The notes below the pieces were generated by a model. It was given only the letters and a program-made list of their open reading frames with translations. It ran no database searches and was not told where the DNA came from. The translations under genes and the position numbers were made by a program. This document shows positions 11,531 to 23,420 of a stretch of 64,000 nt of DNA, piece by piece (the stretch's first letter is position 1; each line of letters starts with the position of its first letter). The stretch covers positions 705,974,958 to 706,038,957 of the forward strand of contig NC_133617.1 in NCBI RefSeq assembly GCF_048593235.1, given 5' to 3'. Source of the stretch: Sminthopsis crassicaudata. Taxonomy: Eukaryota.

Positions 11531-14419
11531 TCGGCCCAGCCCGCAGTTCTTCTCGTTCTCCCGGACATTAGTGCTTAGAAGAATGGGAAGAGCCTGCTGG
11601 CTTCCTCTGGCAGAATGGATGGGAGCTGCTCTCTGCTGGCTGCCCTTCTTCACCGGACGTTTTAGACAATGCCCAGCCAGGGAGCAGGAGGGCTTGGCTG
11701 GGCCGGAGCTGGCCCCAGGCTGTGCTTGGTTCCACATGACAGATGGGTGTCTCGGCCTACGCTTCCCTTCTCCCTGTGTCTGGCTGTTGTCACTTTTTCC
11801 CTCTCTTTTCTTTCAAGGGTTTTTGACCCTGTGTTTTTCTGAGGTGTGAACTTTAGAGTAAACAGACTGCTCTGGTTTTTAATAATATAATACAAGTCCC
11901 AGTGTCATCTCTTACAGTAGAAAGAAAGAACCCACGTGGGAGGGCTGGAGTAAGAAACCAACAGTCAGATAGAGGTAATCGTGAAGACCCAGAGCCTTCC
12001 TGATGTGAGCATTTCCTGTATGCCTAGAGATGTGTTGGGTGCTATGGGTGATACAAAGGAAGGAGAAATCATAATCTTTGGCCCTAAGGAGCTCTTCATA
12101 TTCTTAAGGAGATAAGACTTAATTATGTGAAAAATTAGACAATGAAACGGCGCAGAATATACTCAGGTACTCAGGGGGTCTAGCCTAGAAGTGCTAGGGT
12201 AATTTGAGAAAAGTATAAGCAAAGGGGCTGGAAGGAGCAAAAGCTTGGTGATTTACATGGTCCCGGTTAAGTTAAATTCAGTCCACTGGGCTTAGCAATA
12301 TCTTTCCTGCTTGAAGATCCACCTTGGCCAGAAATCCTTCTGTTGTTACAGTAAGGCATGGGGGAAGGACTAGGGGTGGGGAAAATGGAAGTCCCCTAGG
12401 TACTATGGGAAGAAAACAAGTCTGTTCCTTCATTGGCAAGTTAGTACAAGGAGGGATTGCTATGTTCCTCAGTTTGCCAGTCAAAATTTAAAATATACTT
12501 TCTCAAACAGTGGGAAGCTTGCGTAGCATGGTTTTTTCTCCAATTAAATAGGCTTTTCCGAACTTTGCTGAAAACATTTTTTAGAAATTTAGAAAACTTT
12601 TATAGAAATTGTTTCTGGGGGAAACAAGTTCCAAACTAATTTATAAATTCACTTTGGGAATATAGCCTGTTGGTTAATTAGGGAGGGCCTTAAATGATGG
12701 GCAATTTTTGCTAGGTAAAGGGGAGGTGTCTTACTGGCTTTTTATTTATTTTTTATTTATGTTTTGTGAACCTTAAAGCACCATAGAAATGTGAGCTCTT
12801 TTTTACTGGTCTAAAATTTGTAGTTGCCCTTCCAGTTCCACATTCTAAGGGCCCTTCGAGGAGGAAAGACAACTTAATACAACTTAGTCCTCATTGATCC
12901 TTGCTAACCATCGGACAATCGGTTTCCCAAAAATTTATTTCTTACCTTTGGTAAAACAAACAAAAAAACCGAACAAACTGATGAGACAAAAGGCATGAAT
13001 GAACCTGTAAGCAAAGGAAGTAACCTGTGCCAAAACCTAGGCAAATACATAATTTAAAATACGCAGGGTGAGCATTAGGAGCTTTTTAACAATTCCTTAG
13101 TTATAAGATTTTTTTGTACCCATAATCAACTCCTACACTAAACTCTTCATCCTTCCCTCACCTCCCTCCCCCAGAATCATATAAATGCATTATGAATAAT
13201 GTGGTCATATTTGGAGAAAACAGCAAAAGCTAGAAAATGCTGAAATAACTTCTTGCTACCCAGGTGGGTTTCTGATTAGAGTTCAGCAGTGCAGCTGAGA
13301 ACTTCTACAAAAGTATTAAGAGGTCATTGGATCATAGATTGAAAAGGAAAAAGATCTTAAGATGCATCTCATCTAATCCTGTCATGAGAGATGTGGGTTT
13401 GTGAAGTGTAAGAAAGACTGAGAAAAAGTGGGTAAAACTGAAAAAGAGCTCAAAGCTTTAGCTAGACACTCGGGGCCCAAATGAACAATTCAGGGCATGG
13501 ATGAAGGGAAGGGAACAAAGCTTCACTAAGTGCCTATCATGTGCCAGGCACTATGCTTACAGTGAACTGTTGGGTTCCTTGCAACAACCCTGGAAGTTGG
13601 TTGCTTTTTATTATCATCCCTTCATTTTACAATTGGGGAAACTGAGGCTAAGTGACTTATCCAGCTATGTTTGAACTCTGGTCTTACTGGCTCTGTGGGC
13701 CCAGGGGGTCTAGCCTATGTACCACCTAGGATTTAGCTACATTTCATACAGTCATAAAGACAATTAAATTGTATTGTGCTTATGAACCGTTTGTTTGTTA
13801 CAAAATTGAACTAGTCATGGAACAAGTGCCCCCCATTAGAACAAGCCCTTTGAGAATGAGATCTGTCTTTTGCCTTTGCTTATATCAAAACACTTAGCAA
13901 CACAGTAAGTGCTTCACAAATGTTTGTTGAGTAACTACTATGTGTTAAGCACTAGGGTTGTAAAGATAAAACCAAGGCAGTCCTGGTCCTCTAGGAACTC
14001 AGATCCTCCATGGAGAGAGGGAATGGACATTATAGACTTTAACAAATAGGTATCAAATATATCCAAAGTAAATGAAGAGTCTTGGAAGTCGGGTGAGGGT
14101 TAATGGAAGAGAAGGCCTGAAGATTCAGATGGGGGCAGGAACTAGAGAGTGATGTGAGGAGGGGTCAGATGGGACGTGTGGAGGGGCAGCTGAGGGGATG
14201 GGAGGTGTTCCAGAAGACCTCGAGCTCCAGACCTTTGAGATGGAGACAATGCAAGTGGGTTGGGACATGCTCAGTTTGACATGCAGGTAGCTTTGCCGAT
14301 TCAAAATGTCAGTGTCTATTGAGGAGGTGATAGTGGGACTCAAGGAAAAAGACTAAGACTAAAGACATTATCTGCCAGGTGACTCCCAGACTTAGCTATA
14401 GATAAGCCCAGATAGTAAA

Positions 14420-14557
14420 GGGCAACTAGGTGATGCAATGGATTGAACACCTAGGCCTGGGATAGGAAAGACTGCCTCCTGGGTTCAAATCTGGTCTCAG
14501 ACACTTATGAGATCTTAATCCTGCTTGCCTCAGTTTCTTCATCTGTAAAGTGGGGAA
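14420..14557 (+). mobile_element. MIR/CORE-SINE, interrupted at its 3' side by the ERV LTR
   Basis: GGGCAACTAGGTGATGCAATGG head, GGGTTCAAATCT B-box, and a CORE CCTCAGTTTCTTCATCTGTAAAGTGGGGAAT that stops abruptly at the LTR edge. Confidence 0.7.
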
Positions 14558-14975
14558 TGTGTGGTACGGAAATGGTGAGGGAACACCTTTTAATAAAAAA
14601 GCTGGAGAGAGCTCTAGAGAAAAGCAGTTTATTGTACATTCTTGAGAGAAAGGGCCTCCCACCCTTCGAGCGCCTCCTGTGGACTGGACAGCGCCTTTAA
14701 TCCCTAACGCAAAATGCCCCCTCCCACCACTGACCCTCATCCTCATTGGCTGAGAGTCTTACATTCTAAACGCGAGATCTGCCCATGAAGTTGAACTTGA
14801 CCAATAAGTACATAGTTGCCCATATTTGGATGAAATAGGGGAGATATCATAGGAGGGGAAGGCAATGCCCTTTGCTCGAACTTCAGAGTCCTTCAGGCCT
14901 ACTCGAACTCTGAAGTAGATGAAGCCTTACTCGATTTTCGCAACTGTCTTGAGAGATCTCACCTCATCTCATTCA
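14558..14975 (-). mobile_element. ERV 3' LTR
   Basis: On the minus strand it follows the polypurine tract AAATAAGAGGAGGGAC (14976-14991) and starts with TG at 14975. It has a CCAAT box (14745-14749), a TATA-like GATTAAAG (~14700) and AATAAA (14628-14633), and ends in CA near 14558-14562. Confidence 0.85.
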
Positions 14976-15169
14976 GTCCCTCCTCTTATTTGTACATTGA
15001 GATCTCTTCAAATTTTTGTAACATAACCTCATATTCCCTATCAAATTCCTCATTTCCTTCTGGTTCTTGTTGCCACTGTTTTAATGGCTCCCATCCTTGT
15101 CCTTTTAATACCATCCATCTAACAGACCCCTCAGCTTTTTCTTCTAGCCTAATCATTCCAGATAACGAA

Positions 15170-16735
15170 TTTCAGACAATTCTGGTTATTAATCTGATCA
15201 AACAAGGGATGTAGATAGGGAATAATATAACACCACTAAGAGCTATAAGGCCCAACCAAAGGAGCTGCTTCCACCAGCTTCCCAAACCAGGACCATCAAG
15301 AAGTATTGAACAGTGAGGTCCAAGTCTGTACAAGAACATGAGCAAGTTTCCTAATGTTCTTAGTGATTTCCTTCACTAGATTACCATTGTTATCAATCTT
15401 TATACAACATGTGGATAAATTTAGTTTAGCACAAACTCTCCCTTCCTCAGCCAACAAATAATCCAGCACAAGTCTATGTTGTAAAACAGCCTCTCTGGTT
15501 TGAGTAGCTTCATCAGCCAAAAGATGTAGTGCCTCAGCTGTCTGATTGGTGATAATCTCTACAACTGCCTGAAGCCTAATTATCCTGTTCAACATGTATA
15601 TTGGAGTTCTATATCCCCAACTTCCATCTTGAGCCCAGGTCGCTGGCCCATACTCTTTGACTATTCTTTCTGGAGGCCAGGCCTCACCCCAACCATTTGC
15701 ATCTCCAGTCCAAGTGATGGAGGTATCTAAACTCCGTTTCTCCCTTCCCAAATCATCATACAACTGAATCCCTAAATATTGGTTTGCCTGTTCGCGAAGA
15801 AAGAAAAATTTTGGCTTTATTAGTCCAATATAACAATTCCCTGTCCAATTGAGAGGCAGGTGAGTATAAGCAGTTAAACCACAGATCCAATAATGACCCT
15901 TTAGAGCAGGTTGTTCCCTTGGAAATGTCTGAGCTATTCCTTGTAAAAGGGTAATATTGTTGGTCTCTCGTCCCTAGGGGGCTTCTCCCCACAAAGGGGT
16001 CATACTGGCATTTCCATAAACCTTGCTCTTTTCTCCAACTACAATGGCAACTGGCCACTGGCCTGTTAGATTAGAGGTACTCCAAAATGTGGAAAACAGT
16101 GTCCCATGTTGCTCGGGTGTCCCTGGGGTGACATTATCCCTGCTCTCCTATTTCTGGGAGAACATCCAAGGTACAGTCTTTCCAGTCCTTCCCACACTTC
16201 AATTGAGGATTCCTCCCCGTATCCCGCCAATATTTAGACATTTTTGTACAGTCAATTGTCTTTGGCCTCAGGTCTGTTCTCGAATAGGTCCACTCACATA
16301 CACTAATTCCCAGCTTCAAACCTTGTCCTGTCTGATTTAAGCCGTATTTCCCTTTCCTATCTTCTGTCAATGACCACTGATGTTTCTCTTCTCAATTCCA
16401 GAAACCGGTCCCATTATGAATTTGGGATCTGTTGCTAAGGATCCAGGCTGGGCTTAAGGGGACAGGTACCCATGGCCATTGGTTCAATTGTTGGGATCCA
16501 CCACAGATCCAACAATTCGATAAGTTAAATGTTCTCCCTATATTCTGCATGAGCAGGAGAAATTGGTTCTCATCTCTAGAAGGTCATAAGGAAATAGATA
16601 AACCCAAAGCTTAGGGAGAGCCTCATAATGTTCAACTATTATAACACCGTGAAGTTAAGGTGAACTTCCCAAAGGAAAATATATCAAATCACAAACAGGC
16701 AAAGAGACCCAAAGTAAGAAAAGAGAAGTCATACA
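15170..16735 (-). pseudogene. env: ERV env remnant, ERV3/HERV-I-like
   Basis: YWICG...LPLNWTGNCYIG, furin site REKR, WPPERIVKEYGPATWAQDGSWGYRTPIYMLNRIIRLQAVVE, ISD LQHRLVLDYLLA and CAKLNLSTCC. There is a stop at 15296 before the membrane anchor (WWKQLLWLGLIALSGVILFPIYIPCL, in a shifted frame). SU is broken by stops and shifts. Confidence 0.92.
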
Positions 16736-16736
16736 G

Positions 16737-18030
16737 TCACAATGCACTGGATTCAGAATCAGTGTTCCCATTCAGTGGAGGTCCCCTCCTCTTATGTAAT
16801 TGGAGGTCTCCCCTGTCTTCAATTGTCCACTCTGATAAAGGTGGCGCCACAGGTCCTTTTGTCCTGGTGTGGTGTGTCCAGCCTCGTTCCTGGGTGCGAA
16901 TCGCAGTATCTGAGGTCAGTATCACTTGGTAGGGTCCGTCCCAGCACGGAGTCAGCTTCTCGTCCTTCCAGGAACGGATCAGCACCCAATCACCAACCTG
17001 AATTCTATGAACAGGGAAACCTAGAGGAGGAGTCTGAGCTATTAGCCCTTTTTGTTGAAGTCCTTGCAAATGTTCCAGCAATGATTTAACATATCTCTTA
17101 ACAAACAAATCCTTAGTTTCTAAAATAGGGTCCCAGTCTCCCTTAGGATAAGCCTGGAAAGGATGACCATACAATGATTCATAAGGTGAAAGCCCAATAT
17201 CTCTACGTGGCTTGGTCCTGATTCTGGACTAGAGTGAGAGGAAGGCATTTCGTCCGAGGTAGTTGGGTCTCTAAAGATAACTTAGTCAGCTGCCGTTTTA
17301 TTTCTTGGTTCATCCTTTCTACTTTCCCAGAAGAGGGAGGATGCCAAGGGGTGTGGAGATCCCAAGTGATTTCTAAGGCCCTAATCAGATTCTGCAATAC
17401 CTGGGCAGAAAAATGTGTTCCCTGATCCGAGTCTATCCTCTCCACCATTCCATATCTAGGAATAATTTGTTCTAATAAGACCTTACTTACTGTCGAGGCA
17501 GTTGCTCGGCCTGACGGGAATGCCTCCACCCATGAGGTCAGATGGTCCACTATGACCAGCAAGAACTCGACCCACTGGTGGCAGCTCAGTAAAGTCCACC
17601 TGGATGCTTTGGAATAGTCTGATTCCAGGAGGTCGTCCCCCTTTTGGAAGCTGGCGTTGGGCAGCCCTGTTAGTCCTTCGACAAACAAGACAACCATCCA
17701 CCAGTTGTCGAGCCATAGTATATAGGCTGGGGGAAACATACCTTGTCAGTATAGCATCACACAGGTTTTGGACATCCCAATGACTGCCCTGGTGCAGTTG
17801 CTGAAGGACTTGCCTCATACTTGCTTTGGTCAGTACCTCTCTGCCGTCAAGTAAGAGCCATCGTCCTTCCGAGTTCTCAACTGCTTCGAGAGTTGAGGCT
17901 TTCTCTTTTTCCTCCTGAGTAAAACTGGGAGAGGGTAGACTAGGGGGAAGTACAGGTATCAAGGCCATTATGTGAGAGATTTCCTGATCTCTGGCTCCCT
18001 TGGCAAACACTGTTACCTTTGACAAGCACC
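16737..18030 (-). pseudogene. pol: ERV pol remnant (RNaseH C-terminus + integrase), frameshifted
   Basis: Zinc finger LHQGSHW...CLVC; catalytic IQVDFTE, IDSDQGTHF, GKVERMNQ; GPY/F WDGPYQV. It is split over three frames, with shifts near ~17560 and ~17230. Confidence 0.93.
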
Positions 18031-21000
18031 CCCCCCAAGGGGGTCATGAAGAGCAGGGCATGACTGAAATGTCTAAACAATGGCAAACTAGACAGAACCC
18101 ATGGGAACTGGTGAGATCATCAAGACAGAAGAGCATCCAACTCATAGAGCCCAAAAGTACCAGATTTAAGGAGACAGAATCTGCCAGAAAGGAAAAGAAA
18201 TCCCAGGTCTGGTCCCTAATCTGTGACTACCAAAGGGAGGAGAGAGGAGTCACCAACTTGAATTGGTAGGAGGTTCAAGTAAGAAGAGGGGAGACCTAGG
18301 TATATTTGTAGACACCAGGGAAGAAACTGGAAAACCTGAGCAGTGCAAAACTTGACTTTAATTGGGCCTGGTCAGATTAGGCAAAAATCAAGTTATTGGT
18401 GGGGAAATTTTGCTTAATTCCATCCAATCCTATAAAAAGCTAATGTAATAATTAGTATAAACTACCCTAGCGAAATTAAAGGGCTATGAATAGTAGTTAA
18501 ACTTGTTTCTGTGGGGGATGTTTTTAGTTTATTTTAATTTCTAGTAGGACATAATGACATAACCAGATTTCACTGGTTGTGAGGGGATGAGGGAAGGTTT
18601 AGAAAAACTGATGATTCTCCTTACCCTGAGTAAACTATTTCTCATTCTACAAACGATGACACAGATGTCAGCTTAAGGCATTGTAGGATTTGGTGGCTCC
18701 GATCTTTCAATTGAGATAAAGAAATCTAGACAAGTTTTGAACACTAAGGGGGCTTTAGCAATTTTTAAGGTTCCCAAATAAATTTCTGAAATGTCATTCT
18801 TTCATATCCGATAAACTCTTCAGAATCTTTAGGGAGAATAAAGCTTTACTTTAAAAATAAATCTGGTGTTTTGTGATTAAAATAAACTACCAGAAAAACC
18901 ATACAAATTATAGAATCATTAGAAGACTGAAAAGTGGTGAGCTATTTCTCTGATATCAACATCCATGGAGAGAAATTTGTCTCAGACTAACTCCCTGAAC
19001 TTTCAAATAGTCTGAGGAAAATTGGAAGGGGCAATATCTGTTGAGTCCCCTATTAAGGTGGGATTGGGTGAATTATGGGCTTGATTTAGGGAGACAATTG
19101 TCATGCTGTTATGGCCTGTTAGCTTGTTTTCTTCAATTCAACAAACATAAAGTATTGTGTGTTAAGTATTATGTCTGCACAGGCACCTGCCTAGGTTCTA
19201 GAAATACACAGATAAAAACAAAACAAAGAGTTTTAAGTTTTACTGATTAAACAACATTCTCACAGTCATATGCATGCAAAATTAAAAAAAAAAAAAGTTT
19301 TGTGGTGTGGGGGAAACAACAGAGGAGGCGTCTTAAAGCTAGCAGTTTCAAAAAGTAGAGAGGAAGGAGAGTTATTTCAGCAAAAGGGAAGGTGTACGTT
19401 TTATCTTTTGTAATCAGGGAGTGGTTAATTAACTTAAGAGAAGACCACATTCCAAGTCCTTCTAGCTGTTTTCAGTAAGCAAGTGGAAACCAGAAAGCAA
19501 GCACTAGATTAGAGTCAAGATTCAAATTTAATGCTATTTCACTTTCTGTGTGACTTTGGACGTATAATTTCCCTTTTCTAAGGCAGTTAACTCATAAGTG
19601 AAATGAGAGAATTGAATCTGATTTGTAAGGTCTCTTCTTGCTCTAAAACTTACAGTTCTATAAATCATTTAACTTGTTTGTTTTAGTTTATTCGTAAAAA
19701 AACCTCTTACATTACCTATCACACAGGGCTAGGAGGAGGAGGAAAGCTCTTTGTTAATCATAAACAACATAAAACACAGGTAAGTTATTATTTTTGTTTT
19801 CCCTAAGAGTCTTAGTTTTTTCTGTCTCATTAGAGTCCTTTGTTCTCCTCAAGTCTGGGACCTTTGCTCCAGAAAAAATCAGAGTTTAAGGCCTTCTTAA
19901 AGGTCAATCTCCTAGAAGGGAGATTTTGGATCCTTTTGAACCTACCTGTAGCGTCCTGATCTCCAGGTAATGGAAGGAACACTCAGTTCATTTTGCTTTT
20001 CCAGAAATAGGGAAGTTTCCGAAAATTTGAGGATTGGAAGGGGGTCCTATGTCTTCGTAGGTTGTGGGATAAGATCCTGGCCACTGGAGGGTGCCACATT
20101 TCCAGGATCCAAGATGCATCCTCCCATTTCCTCCTCCCCAACCTCCACCCTCACACACAGTAGGATACAAAGTAGGTGCTCAATAAATGTTTGATAAATC
20201 TTTATATTCATAAATATATAAATATAAAGATTTATGTTCTCCTAGCATTTTTGCCCAGGGCAAAGAGGAGGAAGAATTAGGAAGGGCAGGTATACCAGAT
20301 AAAGGATGGTGTTGCAAAGGAAGTAAACTTAATTATTCCAAAAGCTGAGTCTCTTGATCCTTCCAAGTAATCTCCTTCCTTCCCTCTCCCTGCAGTTTCC
20401 TTAGTTTTCTTCCTTAGACACTCATTTGGATATATTTACTTCAGTCTTGTTCTGGCTTTTGACTTGTTTTTTTCAATGGTCTTGGAAAGTACTCTGTTCA
20501 TTGGCAGAGACATTTATCACATGGTAACTTGCTGTTCTTTTTCTTTTCTTTTTTTTTTTAATATAGCTGTTTATATACAAAGCATATGCATAAGTAATTT
20601 TTCAACACTGACCTTTGCAAAAACTTGTTTCAACTTTTCCCCTCCTTCCCTCCACCCCCTCCCCTAGATGGCATAACCTGTTATTCTTTCACCTGATTCT
20701 AACAAGTTCCAGGTCCTTCCTCCCAGATAGACCTCCTGTAGCTCTTTCTTGAACCACCTTTACTCACCCCCTGCTTCTTATCCCCAAGGGCCCAGTCCTG
20801 AAGGCCACTTGCTGACTAGGGAACAGAAGAGAAAGGATTTCACAGCAGTCCTTCCTCATCCCAGAGTCCTTTACAAACAGATCAGTCTCTCCCAGCTTGC
20901 CACGATCTTCTTGGACCACTCAGCCCCTTTACTATTCATAAAACATAGACACAGATAATTAATGCTAGCTCGAGGCTGGATAAACGGGGTGAACAGCTCC

Positions 21001-22149
21001 CCAAGATAGCTTATCAGATCTCCTTGGGCCTTCTATGAACTTCGCTGAACCCCAGCTTTCTTTTTCTTTGTTCATTTACCAACCAAATCAACTCAACTAG
21101 CCTTTATAGCCTCAACTCTGTGTGAGGCACTGTATCAAGCAATAGAAAGACAAAACGATCCCTGCCCTCAAGATGCTTCATTTTAATGAGGAAACAACAT
21201 AGAAACAACTTTGTAGACACAAAATATATACAGAGTAAATTAGAGGTAATCTTTGGGGAAAGGTCCTAGCATGGAGAAAAACAACAACAAAGGCCTTTTG
21301 CAAAAGAGAAGATAATAGCTTTTGAAGGAAGCCCGGAGGCAGAGAAGAGAAAGGAGCACATTCCAGCCGGGGCAGACGTCCAGGGGAAAGGCTGAGCATT
21401 CAGTTAGCGGCCCAGCAGTGCGCAGAACCGGATCGCCGAGTATGAGGAAGGGAGAGTAAGACATAAAAAGACTAGGTTGGGAAGGACTTCCAAGCCGGAG
21501 GGTTTTAAGTTTGATTCTCAAGGTAGCAGGAAGCCACGGGAGTTCGCTGATAGTCAGCCCAGGGTTTTCGAAAGCTCACTTTGGTGTCTGGAGGATGGAC
21601 TGGAGTGCGGAGAGATGGAGGTCAACCCAAGGCTTTAGTGCAGGAGGTGAGGGGGAGGAGGGCTGCACTAGGGCGCGCAGATGTTGCAAAGATAGAAACA
21701 AGACTTGGCAACAGATTAGCTAAGTGGGTCAGGAAGAGAGAGAAGGTGAGGATGGCTGGAGGTTGCTAATCTGCCAGAATGAACGGAGGATTTGGGGGGA
21801 AAGGTGACTTCCGTTTGGGGCATGGGGAGTTTGTTCAGTTTGAGATGTCCGGTGGGGAGGTGTTAGGGTGGGAGATGAGGGGCCGTGTCAGGATGGGTGA
21901 GGTCTCCGGAGCCAGACCCATCTTCCCGCATTCAGATCTGGCCGCAGGCACTAACTGGGCCACGAGGGACTCGGGGCAAGCCTCTACCTCAGTTTCCTTC
22001 TCTGTAAAATGAGCTGAAGAAGGAAACGGAGAACCACGCGGGGTATCTCGGCCAAGAAAACTCCAGATGGGTCCGGAAGGGTTAGACACGAGGGAAAACA
22101 ACGCAACAAAACCGGAGCCGAGCCTCTTCTCATCTGCACCTGTGCCCTG

Positions 22150-23420
22150 AAGCACCCGAACAGACCTAGCTTACTCCGACTGCCGCGGAAGGTGGGAGAA
22201 ATGCAGGCGGGCCCCCTCTGAGGGATCTCGCACTGCTGTGGAGGAGAGGGCTGCCCGCTGATAAGAGGGGGCTCCCAGCTGGCCAAGACCGGCGACTCGC
22301 TGCCGATCACCTGGCTCCGGGGCAAGCCTTGGACAGCCCGGCCCGCGGGTCAAGCGACGGGAGTCTCGCGCCCTCTCGTTGTCCTTTCCGTGGAAAGCTC
22401 GAGGCTCGGAGCCTCTGCCCTCCCCTGCCCAGCCTGGCCCTAACCCAGGGCCCCTGACACGGACACCCCTCACGCGGCCGATCCAGCGGGCAGGAAAGGA
22501 TCCCCGGCGGCGGCCCTCCCGCGCTGCCGGAGCGCAGCCGGAGCTCGGGGCCCTCTGCCACTTACCACCTGTGCGACCTTGGCCAAGGCTTCCCGTTCTC
22601 GGAGCCACGCCGCCCGCCCCCGATCTATTGTCCTGCCTCTCCGCGGTCCGGGCGGTCCCCGCGCATCCCTCGGTAGGGGCTCCTCCGCGCCCCGCCTCCG
22701 CTCCCCTCCCCTCCTGGCTCCGCGCGTCTCCTCTCTCCTCCCTCCTCTCCCTCTCCCCTCCTGCGGCCGCACAAACTCCTCCTCCGCCCGGTTGACATCA
22801 GAGCAAGCCCGCCGAGCGTCCGGTCGCCGAGGGGAGGCGGAGGACGAGCCCCCGCTGCCGAGGATCGTGGACGCCGGGGCCGGAGCGAGGAGGCGGCGGC
22901 GGCGGCGGCGGGAGCGGCGCGGCGCGGACATCGGGGCCAGAGCCAGCGGCGGCTTCGGGAGGCGGTGGGGGTGGGGGCCCGAGCGACCCAAGCAGCCTCC
23001 CCACCACCTCCCACCCTCCCACTGCGGGCCAGCCTCAGGTACGCGGGAGGGAGCCTGCGCTCCCGCCTCCGCGGCTCCTCCCCGAGGGGGATCGACCCCC
23101 AGCTCCCCTCACGCGCCCCGAGCCCAGCCCCATCCCCGAGAGGCAGAGGGATCCGGGGAGCCTCCTCGCAGGGGATAGCCTCCCTCCCCCCCTTCTAAAG
23201 GGGTTCCCAAAGATGTTCACCTGTTCTTTGTAGGGCTACCTGGGTGGACTTTGCCCCCTGTCGGTTACTGGCCCTTGTCTCTAGCCTTCCCTTCCAAACA
23301 AAGGTCCCGCTCTCGGTCTCGGCCGAGATTGGGGGAGGGGGAGGGGGAAGGAGGTAGGGTGTGTCCCCGGGCCGAGGGTGGGAGCACGGTACACCCTTTT
23401 CCCTGGAGCTCCCCCGAGAC
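22150..23420 (+). promoter_or_regulatory. CpG island, CAMK1 promoter and probable non-coding exon 1 (donor after 23038)
   Basis: CpG-rich, with GGC repeats at ~22888-22930 and a consensus donor CAG|GTACGC at 23038/23039 upstream of the ATG-bearing exon, whose acceptor precedes 25835. Confidence 0.72.

Larger units (their letters stand above)
14558..18035 (-). mobile_element. 5'-truncated class I (gamma-like, ERV3/HERV-I-related) endogenous retrovirus: RNaseH end, integrase, env, 3' LTR
   Basis: Integrase motifs (HHCC, DDE, GPY/F) and an env TM region with furin site, ISD and CX6CC. PPT and LTR are present. No gag, pro, RT or 5' LTR is seen beyond ~18035. Confidence 0.92.

Noticed and set aside
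12978-13010. CTGATGAG, resembling a hammerhead ribozyme core or snoRNA C box
   Set aside because: No stem II followed by GAAA, and no terminal stem with a matching D box.
11890-14420. Possible unannotated gene or ncRNA between TADA3 and the ERV (also checked 18040-21500)
   Set aside because: Only decayed L2, MIR and L1 fragments and AT-rich DNA were seen, with no coherent exon chain or structured-RNA signature.
18981-19016. 9-bp inverted repeat CTCAGACTA/TAGTCTGAG
   Set aside because: Short, isolated, with no U-tract or pre-miRNA-length stem. This is expected by chance in 64 kb.
22171-23220. ORFs in the CAMK1 CpG island
   Set aside because: Compositional artefacts. The true CAMK1 start is at 25867.
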